A DNA stretch of 64,000 nt from Myxococcota bacterium (GCA_041687695.1 JAWLBL010000001.1:323461-387460), one strand, 5' to 3'. Positions 40,808 through 50,099 are shown, numbered from the stretch's first letter. Notes: generated from the sequence alone by a model not told the origin. Numbers and translations are program-made.

Positions 40808-42175
40808 ATGATCCTCATCCGGAGCCCCGTGACCGCCACCACGCCCACCGCCGCCCTCCCCCGCCGCCCCGCCGCGGACGCGCCCTCGACGGGCCGCCTC
40901 GCCCGGGCCGGGCTGATGGCGATGGCGCTGGCCCTGCTCACGATCGCCGTCCTGGGCGGCGCGCAGCTCGCCGGCTGGCTGGGCCACGGCGCCGGAGCGG
41001 TCGCCGCCGCCGTGGGCACCGGCCTCGTCCTGGTGACGCGCCTGGCCCTGTGGTGGCGCTATCGGCCGATGACCGCCACCGCCGCCGAGCTGCAGGACCT
41101 CCCCACCCTGACCGTGGTCATCCCGGCCTTCAACGAAGGCGCCGCGGTCCGCCGCGCCATCGGCAGCGTCCTCGCCAGCCGCTACCCGCAGGACCGCCTA
41201 CGCCTCATCGTCGTGAACGACGGCTCGACCGACGACACGGGCGCCCACGTCGACGCCTGCGCCGCCGAAGCCGGCGGACGCGTCGAGGTGGTCCACCTGC
41301 CGCGCAACCGCGGCAAGCGCCACGCCCTGTACGAAGGCTTCCGACGCGCGCGCAGCGAGGTGATCGCCACCGTCGACTCGGACTCCGAGGTCGCGCCCGA
41401 CGCGCTGGCCCAGCTGGTGACGCCGCTGACGCGCGACCCGGCGGTGGGCGGCGTCGCGGGCAAGGTGACGGTCCACAACCGCAAGCAGAGCTGGCTCACC
41501 CGCATGCTGGGGGTCCGCTACATCCTGGGCTTCGACTTCGTCCGCGCCTACCAGAGCGAGCTGCGCACGGTCTGGTGCTGCCCGGGCGCCCTGCAGGCCT
41601 ACCGCCGCGCGCTCGTCGCCCCGCACCTCGACGCCTGGCGCGACCAGCGCTTCCTCGGCGCGGCCTGCACCAACGGCGACGACCACGCCATGACCAACCT
41701 CGTGCTCTCGCTCGGCGCCGACACGACCTACCAGGCCAACGCCGAGGTCCGCACCCTGGTCCCCGCGACCTACCGCCGCCTGTGCAAGATGTACGTGCGC
41801 TGGGGCCGCTCGGCCACGCGCGAGGGACTGCGCGCCCTGGCCTTCACCCCGGCGCGCGCCCGCCGCATGGGCGGCGTCAGAGGGGCGCTGGTCGCGCTGG
41901 ACGCCCTGCTGCAGCCCGTCGGCCTCGCGCTGCGCATCCTGACCGCCTTCGCCGCCGCGTGGCTGCTGGTCACCCACCCGCTGGCCCTGGCCCAGACCGC
42001 CGCGGTCGCCCTCGCCTTCGCCGCCCTGTACGCGCTGGTCTACCTGCGCTCCGAGCGCTCGCTCGAGGTCGTCTTCGGCTTCGCCTACGCCCTGTTCGCG
42101 TTGGTGGCCCTGCCCTGGGTGCAGCCCTTCGCGACCCTCACGGTCCGCCGCAACGGGTGGCTCACGCGCGGGTGA
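40808..42175 (+). CDS. Processive GT2 glycosyltransferase, hyaluronan synthase/NodC-like; start approximate
   Basis: N- and C-terminal TM helices; VIPAFNE, VVNDGSTD, GKRHAL, VDSDS, CCPGALQAYR, GDDHAMTN, MYVRWGRS, C-terminal WLTRG. Confidence 0.85.
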   Translation: MILIRSPVTATTPTAALPRRPAADAPSTGRLARAGLMAMALALLTIAVLGGAQLAGWLGHGAGAVAAAVGTGLVLVTRLALWWRYRPMTATAAELQDLPTLTVVIPAFNEGAAVRRAIGSVLASRYPQDRLRLIVVNDGSTDDTGAHVDACAAEAGGRVEVVHLPRNRGKRHALYEGFRRARSEVIATVDSDSEVAPDALAQLVTPLTRDPAVGGVAGKVTVHNRKQSWLTRMLGVRYILGFDFVRAYQSELRTVWCCPGALQAYRRALVAPHLDAWRDQRFLGAACTNGDDHAMTNLVLSLGADTTYQANAEVRTLVPATYRRLCKMYVRWGRSATREGLRALAFTPARARRMGGVRGALVALDALLQPVGLALRILTAFAAAWLLVTHPLALAQTAAVALAFAALYALVYLRSERSLEVVFGFAYALFALVALPWVQPFATLTVRRNGWLTRG

Positions 42176-42281
42176 CACCGGGGCGGACGCGACCCGCACG
42201 TCGGCCCTTTTCCCCGCGAGGTCGCTTGATTAGGATGCCGCCGACCCTTGACCGGAACCCCCGGACCCGGAGCGCGCGGCC

Positions 42282-43262
42282 ATGCTCGAGCAGACCATCC
42301 CCGTCGTCGACCTGAACCAGTTCCTCCACGGCGACGCCGCGCAGCAGCGCGCCTTCGTCACGACCCTGGGCGACGCCCTGGTCGAGTACGGCTTCGTGGC
42401 CGTCGACCACCACGGCGTCGACCGGCGGGCGATCGAAGGATCCTACGCGGCCATCAAGGGCTTCTTCGGGCTGCCCGACGAGGTCAAGCGCCGCTACATC
42501 GTCCCCGACGGCGGCGGCCAGCGCGGCTACACGGCCTTCGGGCAGGAGCACGCCAAGGGCCAGACGGTCGCGGACCTCAAGGAGTTCTGGCACGTCGGCC
42601 CCGAGCTGGCCGAGGACCACCCCCTACGCGCCCGCATCGAGCGCAACGTGTGGCCGACCGAGATCACGGGCTTCCGCGACGCGACCCTGGGCCTGTGGAA
42701 CAGCCTGTACCGCTGCGGCGAGGTGCTGCTGCGGGCCATCGCGCGCTACCTCGACGCCGACGAGCTCGAGTTCGTCCGCATGATCGACGGCGGCAACTCG
42801 ATCCTGCGCACCATCCGCTACCCGGGCCCCGACGAGGTCAAGCCCGAGCCGGGTGCCGTCTGGGCGGCCGCCCACGAGGACATCAACCTCATCACCCTGC
42901 TGGTCGAGGCCTCCGATCGCGGCCTCGAGCTGCTGCGCCGCGACGGCACCTGGCTGGCCATCGAGCCCATCCCGGGCCAGTGCATCGCCGACGCCGGCGA
43001 CATGCTGCAGCGCCTGACCAACGGCGTCATCCCGTCGACCACCCACCGGGTGCTGGCGCCCCAGGACGCGACCGGCCCACGCTACTCGATGCCCTTCTTC
43101 ATCCACCCGCACCCGGACTACGTGCTGTCGCCGCTGCCCAGCTGCATGACCGAGGCCAACCCCCGCCGCTGGCCCGACATCACGGCCGAGGGCTACCTGA
43201 CCGAGCGCCTGCGCGAGATCGGCCTCATCAAGACCCCGCCGGAGCCCGCGCCCGCGGCCTGA
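42282..43262 (+). CDS. Isopenicillin N synthase-family 2OG-Fe(II) oxygenase
   Basis: IPVVDL, GGQRGYT, DLKEFWHVG, AHEDINLIT (HxD), GDMLQRLTNG, STTHRV, RYSMPFF. Confidence 0.92.
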   Translation: MLEQTIPVVDLNQFLHGDAAQQRAFVTTLGDALVEYGFVAVDHHGVDRRAIEGSYAAIKGFFGLPDEVKRRYIVPDGGGQRGYTAFGQEHAKGQTVADLKEFWHVGPELAEDHPLRARIERNVWPTEITGFRDATLGLWNSLYRCGEVLLRAIARYLDADELEFVRMIDGGNSILRTIRYPGPDEVKPEPGAVWAAAHEDINLITLLVEASDRGLELLRRDGTWLAIEPIPGQCIADAGDMLQRLTNGVIPSTTHRVLAPQDATGPRYSMPFFIHPHPDYVLSPLPSCMTEANPRRWPDITAEGYLTERLREIGLIKTPPEPAPAA

Positions 43263-43309
43263 AGCCCCGTGTCGACCCGCCCGCCGGGGGGCGTGATGAA
43301 AATCATCGC

Positions 43310-43338
43310 TTGACTTCCCCCCGGGGCGGCCCTATCTA
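43310..43338 (+). promoter_or_regulatory. Candidate sigma-70-type promoter for the tRNA pair
   Basis: TTGACT-17 bp-TATCTA, preceded by an AT-rich stretch and followed by a GC-rich discriminator. Confidence 0.45.
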
Positions 43339-43413
43339 TCGCGTCCCGAGCCGGTGACGGGCCCCGCCCGCCCCGGCCGTGGCGCGCTTTGACAAGCTGA
43401 AGACACCGATTAC

Positions 43414-43490
<77 letters not shown>

Positions 43491-43566
43491 TCCAATCGAC
43501 CGCCTCCGGCCCCTCTCCATGGGGGGCTGGACGGCGTGTCGACGGTGTCTCCAGTCGAAGACGTAG

Positions 43567-43643
<77 letters not shown>

Positions 43644-43647
43644 CACC

Positions 43648-43687
43648 AAGAGGCCGGTTCCTTCGGGAATCGGCCTCTTCGCGTTTC
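43648..43687 (+). terminator. Rho-independent terminator of the tRNA pair
   Basis: AAGAGGCCGGTTCC-TTCG-GGAATCGGCCTCTT hairpin with a UUCG loop, followed by CGCGTTT. Confidence 0.75.
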
Positions 43688-43854
43688 GAACCGTCCGCGC
43701 CTCTGCCCACGGCACGCCCTGGACACGAAAAAGGGCCGCTCCCGCAGGACCGGCCCTCTCGCGTTTCCAACCCTGGCTCCGAGGCCGGGCGCGCTCAGCC
43801 CGCGTCGGCCGCGCCAGCGTCCTCAGCCTGCGAGCGTCCTCGTTGCGGTCCACG

Positions 43855-45939
43855 TCAAGGCGCGGACCGACAACATCGGACGCCAACCTGGGGGAGCGCA
43901 TAGCTCGGAGGAAGGGCTGACCGGAGGGCAGCTCGCATCTGCGACGCGAATCCGTTGTAGGCCCCGTTGCGTGCCAACCTGTACTCGCCGGCCATGGGTC
44001 CTGTTGGGTCGCTGACGGGCGCCGCATCGAACTCACCGTACCAGTCAGCTAGCCACTCCGCCACGTTGCCGGACATGTCGAGGGCACCGTAGGGACTGCG
44101 CCCATCGGGCTTCGACCCTACCGGCAGAGGCCCTCCGGTTGCGCAGCCGTCCCCCGCAACGTTCATGACTGCGACCGAACACGCGGGTGCAGGACTGTTG
44201 CCCCATGGATAGGTAAGCATCTGCGATTTGCAGTCTCCAGTGGCGAGCTCACACCCGCCACGAGCGGCTCGCTCCCACTCGGCTTCTCGGCACAGCCTCT
44301 GCTTGCCACTCGGCTTGCCGGACCACTCGCAGTACGCCTTGGCCTGTGACCAGTTGATCCCGTTGATCGGGTGCTGCTCGCGGCCAGGGACGCCGTAGCT
44401 GAGGGCCGGGTCGCTTCCGATAGGCGTAGTGCAGGCCCCTGCCGCGATACAGGCCGACCATTGGGCCGCCGTGACCTCCGTCCTGTCGATGAAATAGGCC
44501 GACAGGGTCACCTCGTGCTGGGGAAGCTCACCGGCCTTGCATCCGCCGTCCTTGGTCGCGTTGCAGCCCATCCAGAACGTTCCCGCCGGTACGAAGACCT
44601 CATTGCTGGTCCCCGACTCGCAGGTCTCCCAGCTGGTGCACGTGAAACCTTGGGGACAGTCGACCCCCAAGCTGCCGCAGGTAGGCTCGACGCACGTCCC
44701 GGCCGGGGAGCACTGCAGGCCGGACGCGCACACCCCACACTGGCCCGTGCCACAGCCGTTGTCGCCACACTGCTTGCCGGCGCACTGCGGTTGGCAAACG
44801 CATTGGCCGCTGGCGTCGCACGCCTCGCCAGCCGGACAGCTTCCACAAGTTCCGCCGCAGCCATCAGCCCCGCATGCCTTCGATGCGCAGTCGGGCACAC
44901 ACACGCAGAGGCCAGCCCCCGAACACACCAGCCCCGTCGCACAACCGCCACAGGTGCCTCCGCAGCCGTCGGAGCCGCACACCTTCCCCATGCAGTCGGG
45001 CTGACAGACGCACGCGCCCTCGAGCGAACACGCCTGTCCCGGCTCACAGGTACCACAGGTCCCACCGCAGCCGTCGGAGCCGCAGTCACGGCCCTCGCAG
45101 GACGGCAGGCATTCACACGAGCCCTCGACGCAGACGTGCCCGGGGCCGCAGGCATCGTCGTTCGAGCATTCGCAGTCCGAAGCATCGATGACGCAGCCCT
45201 GTGCCGACTCCTGGCAGGTCGCGACCGCGCAAGCCACGTCAGGAGCTCCGCAGGTGACCGCGGTACCGACGCACACGCCGCCTTGGCAGGCGTCGTCTTC
45301 GGTACAGGCGAACCCGTCGTCACACCCCTTGCCATCCGCACTCACTGGGTTGCTGCACTCACCGGAGGCGGGATCGCACGGACCCACCTCGTGGCAAGCA
45401 TCGAGGGCGGTACAGGTCTTGGAGACTCCGCCCGTGCACGTGCCGGCGTGACAAGCCTCGCCCTCAGTGCAGGCATCGCCGTCATCGCACGGCGCCTCGT
45501 CCTCCAGCGATTCGACGACGCAGACGCCCTCGATGCACGAAAAGAACTGACATGCTGGCGCACCAGCAGCGCAGTCCTCGTCGACGTTGCATTGGGCTAC
45601 CGCGGCGTCGGACCCGTCGACCTCAACCGACGCATCGAGATCATCGCCTTCGCCGTCATCGCTTCCAGCTTCGCTCACGTCCTCGCCGGCCGACCCTTGG
45701 TCATCGCTGTCATCCACATCCTGAACTGGGACCTGGTCTTGGACATCGACCAAGTCGTCGACCGTCGTCTCGCTCACCTTCAGCTCCCCGTCGTCGCGGT
45801 CACCGGGCTCGTCCGCGTCCAGATCGCCATCGTCCGTCTCAGAGTAGGCGGACAATGGATCCCAATCGAAACAGCCGGGAGCGACGATCGAGCTGATGAC
45901 GAAGGTGAAGGTGCCGACGAATCGGATGAGTTCACGCAT
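43855..45939 (-). CDS. Lipoprotein with Cys-rich repeats and a C-terminal SUMF1/FGE-sulfatase (C-type-lectin-like) domain
   Basis: Lipobox APGC; CDDG..CT and four CxPxCxxK/RxCGxD/NGCG repeats; VPAGTFWMGC, IDRTEVT, RLCREAEWERAARG, YPWG, SPYGALDMSGNVAEW, GVRCCR; more A/T at third codon positions than the neighbouring genes. Confidence 0.9.
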   Translation of the reverse strand: MRELIRFVGTFTFVISSIVAPGCFDWDPLSAYSETDDGDLDADEPGDRDDGELKVSETTVDDLVDVQDQVPVQDVDDSDDQGSAGEDVSEAGSDDGEGDDLDASVEVDGSDAAVAQCNVDEDCAAGAPACQFFSCIEGVCVVESLEDEAPCDDGDACTEGEACHAGTCTGGVSKTCTALDACHEVGPCDPASGECSNPVSADGKGCDDGFACTEDDACQGGVCVGTAVTCGAPDVACAVATCQESAQGCVIDASDCECSNDDACGPGHVCVEGSCECLPSCEGRDCGSDGCGGTCGTCEPGQACSLEGACVCQPDCMGKVCGSDGCGGTCGGCATGLVCSGAGLCVCVPDCASKACGADGCGGTCGSCPAGEACDASGQCVCQPQCAGKQCGDNGCGTGQCGVCASGLQCSPAGTCVEPTCGSLGVDCPQGFTCTSWETCESGTSNEVFVPAGTFWMGCNATKDGGCKAGELPQHEVTLSAYFIDRTEVTAAQWSACIAAGACTTPIGSDPALSYGVPGREQHPINGINWSQAKAYCEWSGKPSGKQRLCREAEWERAARGGCELATGDCKSQMLTYPWGNSPAPACSVAVMNVAGDGCATGGPLPVGSKPDGRSPYGALDMSGNVAEWLADWYGEFDAAPVSDPTGPMAGEYRLARNGAYNGFASQMRAALRSALPPSYALPQVGVRCCRSAP

Positions 45940-46182
45940 GCGGCCAGCTCCGGTCTGATGATGGTCCGTCTGCGACAACTAGCCTGAGGCTGGACGAGAC
46001 GTCAAGGCCAGCTCGGGCGCCTATCGAGCACCGTTGCGGGCCGGGTTGTGCGTGGGTGCGGTGGGATGGCAAGATGGCCCGGAACCACCATCAACGAGCC
46101 TCCCGGATGCGTGTTGCGTACGATGGGATCGCGAGATCCCGTTGCGACGCAGGGCGCGGTCTCGGAGGAGAGGAGAGGCGGG

Positions 46183-47004
46183 ATGAAGCTGTCCCTGAAC
46201 CCCTGGATCAGGCTGAACCAGTTCACGGTCGGTCGTAGGTTGTTCGCCATCGCGCAAGTCAAGCGACTGGCCGAAGGACGTGGGCTGAACGCCCTGGTCG
46301 AGCGCTGCGCGCAGGCCGAGCAGCTGGACAAGCAGGTGCGCGAGCTCGAGCGGCGCTACAAGGTCGACAAGAACCGCCGGGTCGACCCGCGCCTTCAGGC
46401 GCTCGATCCGCAGATCGACAAGCTTGTCGGTGCGATCTACCGCATCTGCGTCGAGGTGACGGCCTCGCTCGCCGGCGAGCCCGAGGGCGATGCGGCGGCC
46501 CGGATCGTGCGCGAGTTGTATCCGGGTGGACCCATCGCAATCACGACGCTGACCTACGTGGATCAGGGCAGCGAGGTCGGAGCCATCGTCGAGCACCTGT
46601 CGCCCGACGGTGACCTCGATGCCGAGGCCCAGACCGTCGGCCTCGTGGCCCAGGTCGCGCGCCTCGGAAAGCTCAACGCCGAGTTCATCGATCTGCTCCC
46701 GAAGGGCGCCGACGAGCTGGTCCGTTGGGATCACGTCCGCGCGGCGAACGCCCAGGGCGACGAGCGGCTCCGCGCCATCGTGGCCTGGATCCTGGGTCAG
46801 TTCCCCGACCCTCACCAGGCCGAGGCCCGCGCGGCCCTGCTGGAGCCCATCCGACATCAGGACGAGGCCATCCGCGCCGCCCTGTCGGCCCGTCGCGCTG
46901 TTCGTGACGTCGACCCCGTCAGCGGCGAGGAGATCGTCGACGAGGCCAATCCCGAGACGACGGTCGCGCCCGTGCCCGAGTCAGAGCCCGAAGCGGTCGC
47001 TTGA
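46183..47004 (+). CDS. Helical hypothetical protein resembling the DUF6261 family (273 aa)
   Basis: Strong RBS (GGAGGAGAGGAGAGG); pattern LDPQIDKLVGAIY ... AAARIVRELYPGG..AITTLTY.DQ ... VGL..QVARL..LNAEF, which recalls DUF6261-like proteins from memory only. Confidence 0.7.
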   Translation: MKLSLNPWIRLNQFTVGRRLFAIAQVKRLAEGRGLNALVERCAQAEQLDKQVRELERRYKVDKNRRVDPRLQALDPQIDKLVGAIYRICVEVTASLAGEPEGDAAARIVRELYPGGPIAITTLTYVDQGSEVGAIVEHLSPDGDLDAEAQTVGLVAQVARLGKLNAEFIDLLPKGADELVRWDHVRAANAQGDERLRAIVAWILGQFPDPHQAEARAALLEPIRHQDEAIRAALSARRAVRDVDPVSGEEIVDEANPETTVAPVPESEPEAVA

Positions 47005-47020
47005 CCCCGTCGGGTGATCC

Positions 47021-47064
47021 CGCCAAAGGCCCGGTTGCGCACGCGACCGGGCCTTTGGCGTTTT
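47021..47064 (+). terminator. Rho-independent terminator
   Basis: CGCCAAAGGCCCGGTTGC-GCAC-GCGACCGGGCCTTTGGCG-TTTT, 16 bp after the stop codon. Confidence 0.85.
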
Positions 47065-47113
47065 CGCCCTCCGCCGCCACCGGGCCCGCTCTCCCCGCGT
47101 CACTCACTCCGAG

Positions 47114-47423
47114 CGGCACCGGACCACCCTGGCTCGTTCGCTGGCCCACGCCAGCCGGTATCAGACCACCCCTCGAGGGGGTCGGACCCCCTCGAGGGGT
47201 GGTCTGATACCGGCCTCGATCGGCTAGCGAGCAAGGCCACCTGGTCCGATACCAGCCTCCGTCGCCCAGCGGGCGACGCCCACCTGGTCTGCTATCGGCC
47301 ACCGTCGTCCAGCGAGCGACGCAGCCTGGTATCGCACCACCGTTCCTCGGCCAACGAGGCACCTAGGGTGGTCCGATACCGGCCTTTCTGGCCGGGCGAG
47401 CACCAGCACCAAGTACACTACCA
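47114..47423. repeat. Non-coding array of eight 13-bp quasi-palindromic repeats (TGGTCYGATACCR, either orientation) with 42-44 bp period and unique spacers
   Basis: Copies start at 47114, 47156, 47200, 47242, 47285, 47327, 47369 and 47411 (the first and last are degenerate). Confidence 0.8.
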
Positions 47424-47539
47424 CCCCCGACCGTATGGCCGGTTCCATCCCCCCGAACCATTCCCTACCACGCATCCTGAGCGGCCCGACTTGAATGGTG
47501 CGCGTGCTTCGAGTGCGTCCGACTCCTAGACAGGCAGCC

Positions 47540-48000
47540 ACTACGCCGCCGCCCCATCTGTCGGAGCCCAAGTACGCGCGCTTCCTGGCGTCGTTTCCGC
47601 AGCTCGATCGCAGCCAGCCCCCGCTCTCCGGCGACCTCTACGTCACCGACTGCGACGAGCCGCCGCGCGACAAGCGCGGTCCCAACACGAGGACAAGCGC
47701 GGGCCCGAGCACGAGGAGACGCCCTGGGGCTGAATCGAGCGCAAGCCGCGCAGCTTCATCACCCGCGACCTCGTGCTGCTGACCTACGTGCGTCGCAAGA
47801 GCTACGCGCCGCCCCAGCGACTCGACACGTTCTCCGCCGATGAGGTGGGCCTGGATCCCCAAGGTCCGCTCTCCCGCTTCTCGCATCGGCGAGCACCGCG
47901 ACGCGGTCGACTACGACCACCGCGCCGCCGTCCCCTACCTCCCCTTCGGCCGCGGCACGTCAGCCTCGACCGAGGAGGATCCGGACAGCGAGGGACGAGA
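47540..48000 (+). pseudogene. Possible degraded gene remnant; boundaries approximate
   Basis: Protein-like fragments in different frames (EPKYARFLASFPQLD..SGDLYVTD; DLVLLTYVRRKSY..RLDTFSADEVG; IGEHRDAVDYDHRAAVPYLP) with no continuous ORF. Confidence 0.3.
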
Positions 48001-48197
48001 GTCGAGCACTGGCAGCCACAGGCTCGCAGCAGTACCGTATTCGCCGCGCGGGTGCCGAGGGTGTCGCCAAGACTCGGTCAGCACCCGCGTAGGCGTAGCT
48101 GGGGGACGAGTCGAAGCGAGCGGAGAACTCGAACCAATGGCGCGTCCATGTTGGGTAGGCAGGCCGTTCGGTTGCCAGCCCCGCCGCCTCCGCTGGT

Positions 48198-50099
48198 TCA
48201 GTCCGCGTCTGGATCTCCTGCGTCCTCGCTCGGCGACACGTCCTCGCTCGGCGGCACGTCCTCGCTCGGCGGCACGTCCTCGCTCGGCGGCACGTCCTCG
48301 CTCGGCGGCACGTCCTCGCTCGGCGGCACGTCCTCAGTCGGCTCTACGTCCTCGGTCGGCTCCACGTCCTCGGCCGGCGGCACGTCCTCGGTGGGGCCGA
48401 CGTCCTCGATCACCTCCTCGATGGGGCCGACGTCGTCGATGACCTCCTCGGCCGCGTCCTCGGTCGGGCCGGCGTCGGTCGGACCGGCGTCGGGATCGGG
48501 GTCTGCAGCGGCCTCGCAGTCCTCGGGGCAGAACACCTCTTCGAGATCGCCGCACACGCCGTCGCCGCAAGTGGGGGTGCCGCCACCGCCACAGTCCTGC
48601 TGACACGTGAACTGCTCGAAGATGTCGTCGCAGATCCCGTTGCCGCACTTGTCAGGGCAGTCCTGGGCGCAGGTGAGGAACTCGAGCAGCCCGCACACGC
48701 CGTCACCACACACGTCGGGGCCCCCGCCGCCGCAGTCGTCGGGGCAGAGGAACTCCTCGCCCTGCTCGCAGACGCCGTTGCCGCAGCCGGGCTGCGCGTT
48801 GCACTGGCCGCAGTCGTTCGGGCAGGACTCGCAGGTCTCGGTGGCCGAGCACAGGTTGTCGCCGCAGACGCCGCAGACGTTGTTGCCGCTGCCGCACACG
48901 CCCGCCGCGCACTTGTCGCCGGTCGTGCAGGGGTCGCCGTCGTCGCACGTGGCGCCCTCGTTGCTCTGGTACTCGCAGCCGACGCCCTCGACGCACAGGT
49001 CCAGCGTGCAGGGGTTGCCGTCGTTGCAGTCCTTCTCGAAGCCGCCCTGGCACTCGCCCTCCTTGCAGGTCGCGTTGTCCAGGCACGGGTCGTCGACCGC
49101 GCAGGGGGCGCCGTCGTTGCGCGCCGTCTCGACGCACGCGCCGGTCGCCGGGTCGCAGGTGTTGTCGGAGCAGGCGCTCGACGGCGCGTCGCAGCCGACG
49201 ATGGTCGCCACGTCCAGCACGCACAGCCCCTCGTCCGAGCAGGTCAGCCGCCCGTTGCACAGGTCGGCGTCCTCGAGCAGGGCGCAGTCGTGCGGCCCCT
49301 CGCAGGTGCAGACCGGCGTGCCGAGGCAGAAGCCGCCCGAGCAGGTGTCGCCCGTCGTGCAGGCGCTGCCGTCCGAGCACGCGGTGCCGTCGTCCTTGGG
49401 CTTGGGCTGGCACTGGCCGTTGAGCGGGTTGCAGGCGTTGTCGGCGCACGGGCCGGCGTCCGGGCAGACCACGACCGTCGCCGGATCCAGCCGACACTGG
49501 CCGCCGTTGCACTCGAGCGAGCCGTTGCAGAGGTTGCCGTCGTCGTAGGCGACGCAGTCCTCGTCCTTGTTGCAGGTGCACTGGCCGCTCGGCGTGCCCT
49601 TGCACTGGCCGCTGAGATCGCACAGGTCGTTGGTCGTACACGGATCCTGATCGTTACAGGGCCCGGTCACCGGCGTGTGGGTGCAGCCCTCGCCGGGCTT
49701 GCAGCCGTCGGCGGTGCAAGGGCTGCCGTCGTCGCAGTCGGTTACGGCGTTGCCCGCCACGCACTCGCCGGCCTCGCACCACGACTCGGCGCTGCACGGC
49801 TCGCCGTCGTCGCAGGGCGCGTAGTCGGCGGCCACCCCGGCCACGCAGGTCTTGCTGTCGGGGTCGCACAGGGCGGCCTCGCAGGTGCCGAGGCCGGCGA
49901 CCTTGCCGACGCAGTCGGCGTGGCCCTCGCAGCCGACCTCGCCGACGTCTCCCTTGACGTCGGCGCCGACGTCCGAGGTCCCCTGGGTGCCTTCGGGGCC
50001 ATCCGAGCAGGCGACGAGGCCGGCCAGCGGCGCGGCGAGCAAGACGAGCAGCGCGCGGGGCGCCGCGAGCGAAGCGATGGACGACGGACTAGGCCACAT
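48198..50099 (-). CDS. Cys-rich surface lipoprotein (CDDGxPCT and CGDGxC..DC repeats) with an acidic hexapeptide-repeat tail (633 aa)
   Basis: Lipobox LVAC; many CDDG.PCT..D.C..G.C modules; C-terminal (EDVPPS)n. Confidence 0.88.
   Translation of the reverse strand: MWPSPSSIASLAAPRALLVLLAAPLAGLVACSDGPEGTQGTSDVGADVKGDVGEVGCEGHADCVGKVAGLGTCEAALCDPDSKTCVAGVAADYAPCDDGEPCSAESWCEAGECVAGNAVTDCDDGSPCTADGCKPGEGCTHTPVTGPCNDQDPCTTNDLCDLSGQCKGTPSGQCTCNKDEDCVAYDDGNLCNGSLECNGGQCRLDPATVVVCPDAGPCADNACNPLNGQCQPKPKDDGTACSDGSACTTGDTCSGGFCLGTPVCTCEGPHDCALLEDADLCNGRLTCSDEGLCVLDVATIVGCDAPSSACSDNTCDPATGACVETARNDGAPCAVDDPCLDNATCKEGECQGGFEKDCNDGNPCTLDLCVEGVGCEYQSNEGATCDDGDPCTTGDKCAAGVCGSGNNVCGVCGDNLCSATETCESCPNDCGQCNAQPGCGNGVCEQGEEFLCPDDCGGGGPDVCGDGVCGLLEFLTCAQDCPDKCGNGICDDIFEQFTCQQDCGGGGTPTCGDGVCGDLEEVFCPEDCEAAADPDPDAGPTDAGPTEDAAEEVIDDVGPIEEVIEDVGPTEDVPPAEDVEPTEDVEPTEDVPPSEDVPPSEDVPPSEDVPPSEDVPPSEDVSPSEDAGDPDAD
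48221..48400. repeat. Coding 18-bp tandem repeat, about 10 units (5 identical), encoding EDVPPS-like hexapeptides
   Basis: CGTCCTCGCTCGGCGGCA repeated perfectly at 48239-48328, with degenerate flanking units. Confidence 0.9.

Noticed and set aside
27113..42175. Very long ORFs 27113-31024 (+), 33867-37820 (+) and the N-terminal 758 aa of 38534-42175 (+)
   Set aside because: Antisense shadows of real minus-strand genes, caused by stop-codon scarcity at high GC; R/A/G/P-rich with no motifs.
43855..44100. Diversity-generating retroelement target (the FGE/CLec domain is a common DGR target)
   Set aside because: I found no second copy of the 3' region differing at adenines and no reverse transcriptase in the window; a remote DGR cannot be excluded.
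47114..47423. Canonical CRISPR array or integron attC array
   Set aside because: Repeats are only about 13-18 bp, degenerate and in mixed orientation; no leader, cas gene or integrase; no RYYYAAC/GTTRRRY ends or cassette ORFs.
47014..47571. ORFs 47014-47529 (+) and 47224-47571 (-) across the palindrome array
   Set aside because: Atypical codon usage, no RBS, the plus-strand ORF runs through a terminator, and the array period includes steps that are not multiples of three.
47762..47770. attR-like duplication of the tRNA 3' end (CCCGCGACC)
   Set aside because: Only 9 bp of GC-rich identity, expected by chance.
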